The notes under the pieces: generated by a model
Told to the model about the DNA's origin: nothing
The model's database searches: none
What the model saw: the letters and a program-made list of their open reading frames with translations, nothing else
Shown here: positions 23,270 through 27,292 of the stretch, in pieces
Layout of the letters: the number at the start of each line of letters is the position of its first letter
Numbering within the stretch: the stretch's first letter is position 1
Virus record (IMG/VR): IMGVR_UViG_3300031867_000016
Span: 1-27,292 of that record
Direction: 5' to 3' (one strand)
Source: a virus
Taxonomy: Duplodnaviria > Heunggongvirae > Uroviricota > Caudoviricetes
Length of the DNA stretch: 27,292 bases
Translations under genes and position numbers: made by a program

Positions 23270-23983
23270 ATGGGCTATAACTATAGCACAGCAGAATCCC
23301 AGAGGCAGTTCTATGTGCCTCCGACTCTTGTTGGTGACTTTGATAATTTTCTTGCAACTGATATACCGGGTGCAGTAATGTCCTTTGATGTTTTTCACAA
23401 CTGGTATGAGAAGGATGAATGCATCGTTATTCGCGGCGAAATATATCCAGATGCTACCAAGAGCCGATATGCAAATACAGACAACAACTTAAACTTTAGA
23501 ACATCAGTTAAATCTGATATTCGTAAAGGAGATTACATTGTCGATCCAGCAGATGAGATATATCTGCTTGACTGGGATATACCGCCTCAGCCAAACAATA
23601 AAATGTCGCGAGCGCTCAGGTGCAATACGATGCTGAAGTTTACCCGTACATCCAAAGAAATGTACGATGAAAACGGCTATCGTATTAAAGATGCGGATCG
23701 AAAGGTAACAATAGCAGAAAGCATTCCATGCAATGCTTACCGCTATGATGGCAGACCAGACTTCTCTGCAATATCGCATACGCCAGGTATTGTACCAAAT
23801 GCACTGACAATTATTTCTGTTCAATACAATGACGAAACAAAAAACTTAAAAGTTGATGATGAGTTTACGTGGGAGCAGGATGAATACATCATTATTGATG
23901 TCGGTTATGTTGGTGTACGTCTTCGCAAAGATGGCGGTGTAATAACGCTGCAGGCAAAGAAGAAAGCCGGTGGAGACTATTGA
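23270..23983 (+). CDS. Putative head-closure or neck protein, 237 aa
   Basis: GAGGTGG RBS then MGYNYS; beta-rich (IRKGDYIV...YLLDW, ALRCN); position. Confidence 0.6.
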   Translation: MGYNYSTAESQRQFYVPPTLVGDFDNFLATDIPGAVMSFDVFHNWYEKDECIVIRGEIYPDATKSRYANTDNNLNFRTSVKSDIRKGDYIVDPADEIYLLDWDIPPQPNNKMSRALRCNTMLKFTRTSKEMYDENGYRIKDADRKVTIAESIPCNAYRYDGRPDFSAISHTPGIVPNALTIISVQYNDETKNLKVDDEFTWEQDEYIIIDVGYVGVRLRKDGGVITLQAKKKAGGDY

Positions 23984-24332
23984 TATCGAAGCAATGAAAC
24001 AGTCAGTCAAACAATATATTTCAGAAAACGCATATGCTTTAATGCAGGAGCAGATGCAGGCTTATATATCTTTGTTCAAAGTTGAAGTTGAAACTTTGAA
24101 TTCAGAACTCATGGCAAATACAAGAAAGCGTGGATACGATTTTGAAACAATACCAGAGCAGCTTATCAACAGTATTAAAATAGAACCTGTAATACAGGAT
24201 GGAGACAAGCTGACTATACGCGCTACGTTTGATCAGAAGCTTGTTGATCAATGCTCCGATACTTTGATTGACTTTATTAACGACTACGCAATAGGCAACA
24301 CAAATCTGCGGTATTTAAGATACGGAGGATGA
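23970..24332 (+). CDS. Putative neck or tail-completion protein, ~120 aa
   Basis: ORF track; position. Confidence 0.55.
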   Translation: METIDIEAMKQSVKQYISENAYALMQEQMQAYISLFKVEVETLNSELMANTRKRGYDFETIPEQLINSIKIEPVIQDGDKLTIRATFDQKLVDQCSDTLIDFINDYAIGNTNLRYLRYGG

Positions 24333-24336
24333 TGTT

Positions 24337-24810
24337 ATGAGTCTTACAATGCAGCCAGACGCATGGATATCTGACTGGAATGATATATTGCGAAACATCA
24401 TCTTCAAAGATGATGATCTTAAGGAACTGATGATGATACCTAAAGGTACGAATATTGTTACTTTTATCGACAGATATTTTATTCGTGCCGGCACTTCATC
24501 AGTTGTTCTTAAAGACGAAGAAGTAAGAATCATATACTCTGCAACATCGGTTGGAACTCAGACCGACAAGGTGTCTTCAAACATTATAAGTTTTGATATC
24601 TATGTAAAGAATGACCATCTGCACGACTGCTGTGATGATGGTCTTGTATTCAGAACTCAGATGATATCTCAGCGGCTTTGTCAACTGCTGACGCAAAAAA
24701 GATACAATGGAGTATACAGGTTTTATGATCCGAATGATGGCGATATGAATACAAGCACTATTGGCTATTCAAGATACAACTTAACGCTGTCATTCACTAA
24801 AGTTTTTTGA
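24337..24810 (+). CDS. Putative tail terminator, 157 aa
   Basis: Position immediately before the tail tube gene; beta-rich C-terminal half. Confidence 0.6.
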   Translation: MSLTMQPDAWISDWNDILRNIIFKDDDLKELMMIPKGTNIVTFIDRYFIRAGTSSVVLKDEEVRIIYSATSVGTQTDKVSSNIISFDIYVKNDHLHDCCDDGLVFRTQMISQRLCQLLTQKRYNGVYRFYDPNDGDMNTSTIGYSRYNLTLSFTKVF

Positions 24811-24885
24811 TTACATACTACACCAGCGTAGGAGTAATGGCGTAGGTTTGTAATATAATTTTTTATCCAGAAAGAGATGATATGC

Positions 24886-25979
24886 ATGGCACTTACTTAT
24901 ATGCCTAAGTATCAGGGTTACATTACTGACGTACCTAAGGTGTGGTTTAAGCGCAAGGCTGATAAGAAGCTTTTCCACTTTGACCAGCTGAGTGAATTCT
25001 CGTCTACGCCAAACGTTCAGTACAATGAAGTTAACGCTAAGTAACACTGGCGCTTTATGTGGTGACGCATATCGAATAAACTGCCTAAACGGAGAAACTC
25101 CTGTATAGTAAAGGGATGTGCAGGACAACTTACCGTGCTAAATTAATGCAAGGCAAGGCAAAGGTTATATCAAGGAATTGGAACAGGCGAATTATAAAAG
25201 CCTAACGACTAAGTGCATCAAGCGATGTGAATGGTAGTAGTCTCTCATGAGACTGTGATATAGTCTGATCTGCATGGTAACATGCAGCAGCACATTATGT
25301 GCGGGTATGGTCCAGCGAACCATGCTGAACATTTATGGGTTGGTCCCTTTTCCCTGTGGCTTACCTCCCGGGTCAGTCCACTTTCGAAGTCTCTATGACT
25401 TCTCTGCAGTTTGATGCCTCTCTGTTTGAACTGTCCAACGGTGCGAACTTTGAGAAGGAAACCATCACTCTGCCTACAACTGGTTTCTATGAAGTTACCG
25501 ATGGCGCTGTTGTTCTGAAGACCAATGCTTCTATCAAGGATACCATCGAGATCGATGGCCTGCAGCCTGGCGAGGAAGATGGTCCTGGTGTGTTCACCGT
25601 GACCGAGACTGAGCCTGCTGAGGAAGGCGGTCAGTACACGACCACTATCAAGATTACCGATAATGCTTCTTCTGTTCAGGTTACGTACTATGAGGAAAAG
25701 GAAGTTACCGGTGCTGGCATCGATAACCGTACAACCGCTATCGGTGAAATGACCATGATCTGGCCTATCTACGGTTCTGGCGACGAAGAGAACGCTGTCC
25801 GTGGTGCTGACGTTAAGGGTTACGTTGTTGAGATCATCTATCGTGCTCGTATTACTCAGGGCGCTGGCTTCAACACGAACTACAAGAATGTTTCCGGTAA
25901 CCAGATTACTGTGAGCGCAATGGATCCTCATCGTGCTGATGAACGCATCTATTATGTCGCTTACTTTGACAAGACCTGA
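24886..25979 (+). CDS. Major tail (tube) protein, split gene: join(24886..25038,25338..25979), 264 aa
   Basis: Exon 1 (51 codons, MALTYMPKYQGY...NEVNA) joins in frame to GWSLFPVAYL...; followed by a terminator and the chaperone gene. Confidence 0.85.
25039..25337 (+). ncRNA. Group I self-splicing intron (IA-like), 299 nt, no homing endonuclease
   Basis: U at the 5' splice site and terminal G. IGS ACUGGCG pairs the ligated exons CGCU/GGU. P3 ACUGCC(25080)/GGUAGU(25233), P7 GACUA(25207)/UAGUC(25261), P7.1, P8, and P9 CUGCAUG-GUAA-CAUGCAG. Confidence 0.93.
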
Positions 25980-26035
25980 TCTTGTTAGAATTACGAATAA
26001 GGTAGAATAAAGGTTGTAGCGTAATAAAATTATTT

Positions 26036-26070
26036 AGGGGTAGTTGCAACCGCGCAACTACCCCTTTTTT
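26036..26070 (+). terminator. Terminator after the tail tube gene
   Basis: 12-bp stem AGGGGTAGTTGC/GCAACTACCCCT followed by a T tract. Confidence 0.85.
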
Positions 26071-26102
26071 ATTTTACGCTATAAGGAATAAAGGTGATAA
26101 AT

Positions 26103-26594
26103 ATGCCAAGAAAAAAAGTACCAGAATATACTGAGCCTCAGAATGCTCAGCTTGAATCGACACAGCCAAACAATAAACAGCTGGATGTAACAGAGCCAAA
26201 TAACCCAATGCTTGAACCCACGGCTCCAGACACACCTGTGCCTAAGCCAGGCAATCCAGAGAATGTTGTGATGATTGGCGATAGAGAAGTAGAAATTTTT
26301 CCCACAAAGGTTAAGTATCAGAGAGACAAGTCCGCTGCCTTCTATTTAATTCTTCGGCAGATTCCACTGCCAGAAATACTTTCGCTGTCAGATGGTGTAC
26401 TTAGCAAGACACGATCCAGTGACAAGATGCTGTTTGATTGGTTAATTGCTGTTACAGATAATCCAAAGCTTATCACTCAGCAGTATGACAACATGGACAG
26501 CGAGCAGATCTACAAGATACTTGAAGTTTTTTGTCGGGTTAATCATATAGACGATGTTGAAAAAAAAGCACGAGCTCAGATGGAGACAGCTTAA
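26103..26594 (+). CDS. Tail assembly chaperone (G-like), 163 aa
   Basis: Follows the tail tube gene; A8 slippery run near the 3' end. Confidence 0.75.
   Translation: MPRKKVPEYTEPQNAQLESTQPNNKQLDVTEPNNPMLEPTAPDTPVPKPGNPENVVMIGDREVEIFPTKVKYQRDKSAAFYLILRQIPLPEILSLSDGVLSKTRSSDKMLFDWLIAVTDNPKLITQQYDNMDSEQIYKILEVFCRVNHIDDVEKKARAQMETA
26560..26567 (+). other. -1 programmed ribosomal frameshift site (A AAA AAA)
   Basis: Zero frame GAA AAA AAA GCA; the -1 frame is open from 26567 to 26968. Confidence 0.8.
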
Positions 26595-26968
26595 CTCTTG
26601 ACGAAGCTGTTGCCGCGATCGCAGCGCATCTGGGCATAGTGGATGAAGATGCGATAAATAATATGAGTATGGACTTCTTCTCACAGGTGCTTCAGGCACT
26701 TGGTAAGAAGTTGAACTACGAAAGCATATCGAATCTTTACGGCAATAGCTTTGCTGTTAAAGATGCGCAGAAATATATTTATGAAGCATACCCGCTTACA
26801 AAGAAGGCAAAGATCGATAAAGGCACCATGTCCGTATTTGATAATGCTAAGGTTATTAAACTTAACAATAACAACAACGCAAAGGCTCTTACGAAGACTC
26901 TTGAGACTGGTGCCGGCGACGACTTCTCATATCTTGAAGATATGTTTGCGGAAATGGTTGGAGGATAA
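26567..26968 (+). CDS. Tail assembly chaperone T-like extension, reached by -1 frameshift (G-T fusion ~288 aa)
   Basis: Contains track ORF 26639..26968, which lacks its own RBS; no stop codon between the slip site and that ORF. Confidence 0.75.
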   Translation, partial: STSSDGDSLTLDEAVAAIAAHLGIVDEDAINNMSMDFFSQVLQALGKKLNYESISNLYGNSFAVKDAQKYIYEAYPLTKKAKIDKGTMSVFDNAKVIKLNNNNNAKALTKTLETGAGDDFSYLEDMFAEMVGG

Positions 26969-26969
26969 T

Positions 26970-27209
26970 ATGGATAAGATAATTATGGGACTTCTGAAAT
27001 GTGCTGAGATGAGATATTACTGGCTGAAGATAATGGATGCAGGATACGAAGATGAGCACTTTGACGAATACGTCAACGGTTTTCTTCTTTCTGCTGCAGC
27101 TCTTGCAGACTGTGATCTTGTCAAAAACATGTTGGAAGCAAAGCCTGGTACGGTAGACGTTATTCTTGAAGGAATTAAAGCAACAGAAGGTGATAGCAGT
27201 GCTGTATAA
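26970..27209 (+). CDS. Hypothetical protein, 79 aa
   Basis: GGAGG RBS then MDKIIMG; the longer track ORF start is an overlap artefact. Confidence 0.75.
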   Translation: MDKIIMGLLKCAEMRYYWLKIMDAGYEDEHFDEYVNGFLLSAAALADCDLVKNMLEAKPGTVDVILEGIKATEGDSSAV

Positions 27210-27292
27210 TGAGTATATGAATTACGCGAGCGGTAATTGTATTGATTTCAGCCCGGTAACAAATTTAGCTTATGTGCTTCCTGATTATAGAT
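27199..27292 (+). CDS. Start of a gene running off the window
   Basis: AAGGTGA RBS, GTG at 27199 (or ATG at 27217), frame open to the edge. Confidence 0.4.
   Translation, partial: MLYNEYMNYASGNCIDFSPVTNLAYVLPDYR

Noticed and set aside
25039-25337. Homing endonuclease inside the intron
   Set aside because: 299 nt is almost fully accounted for by the ribozyme core; there is no ORF.
25335-25979. Stand-alone 214-aa gene starting at ATG 25335
   Set aside because: No RBS; the ATG's G is the intron's terminal G; exon 1 supplies the real N-terminus.

Overview
This window is part of a large tailed phage or prophage genome, probably infecting a Bacillota (Clostridia-like) host, with an SPbeta-like layout. 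It has two divergent arms that meet at about 12.4-12.6 kb. The leftward arm (1-12385) encodes a ubiquitin-like beta-grasp protein, SSB, three tRNAs (including an unusual tRNA-Ile(UAU)), a winged-HTH initiator-like protein beside an AT-rich repeat and palindrome zone, RNase HI, a YonO-like single-subunit RNA polymerase (DFDGD) and many small genes. It also holds several large structured non-coding stretches. The rightward arm (12594-27292) is the morphogenesis module: TerS-like protein, TerL, portal, prohead protease/scaffold, two paralogous decoration-like proteins (one fused to a DGR-target-like domain), major capsid, head-tail genes, a tail tube gene split by a 299-nt group I intron, and a tail chaperone with a -1 frameshift site. 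The most notable unexplained signals are: a type I toxin-antitoxin-like unit, two anticodon-less tRNA-like RNAs, a family of GC-rich triloop hairpins, four fixed-length 36-bp repeats, recurring orphan AGGAGG motifs, a roughly 590-nt structured RNA candidate and the phage Ubl locus. All protein calls come from motif recognition and gene order; no database search was run.
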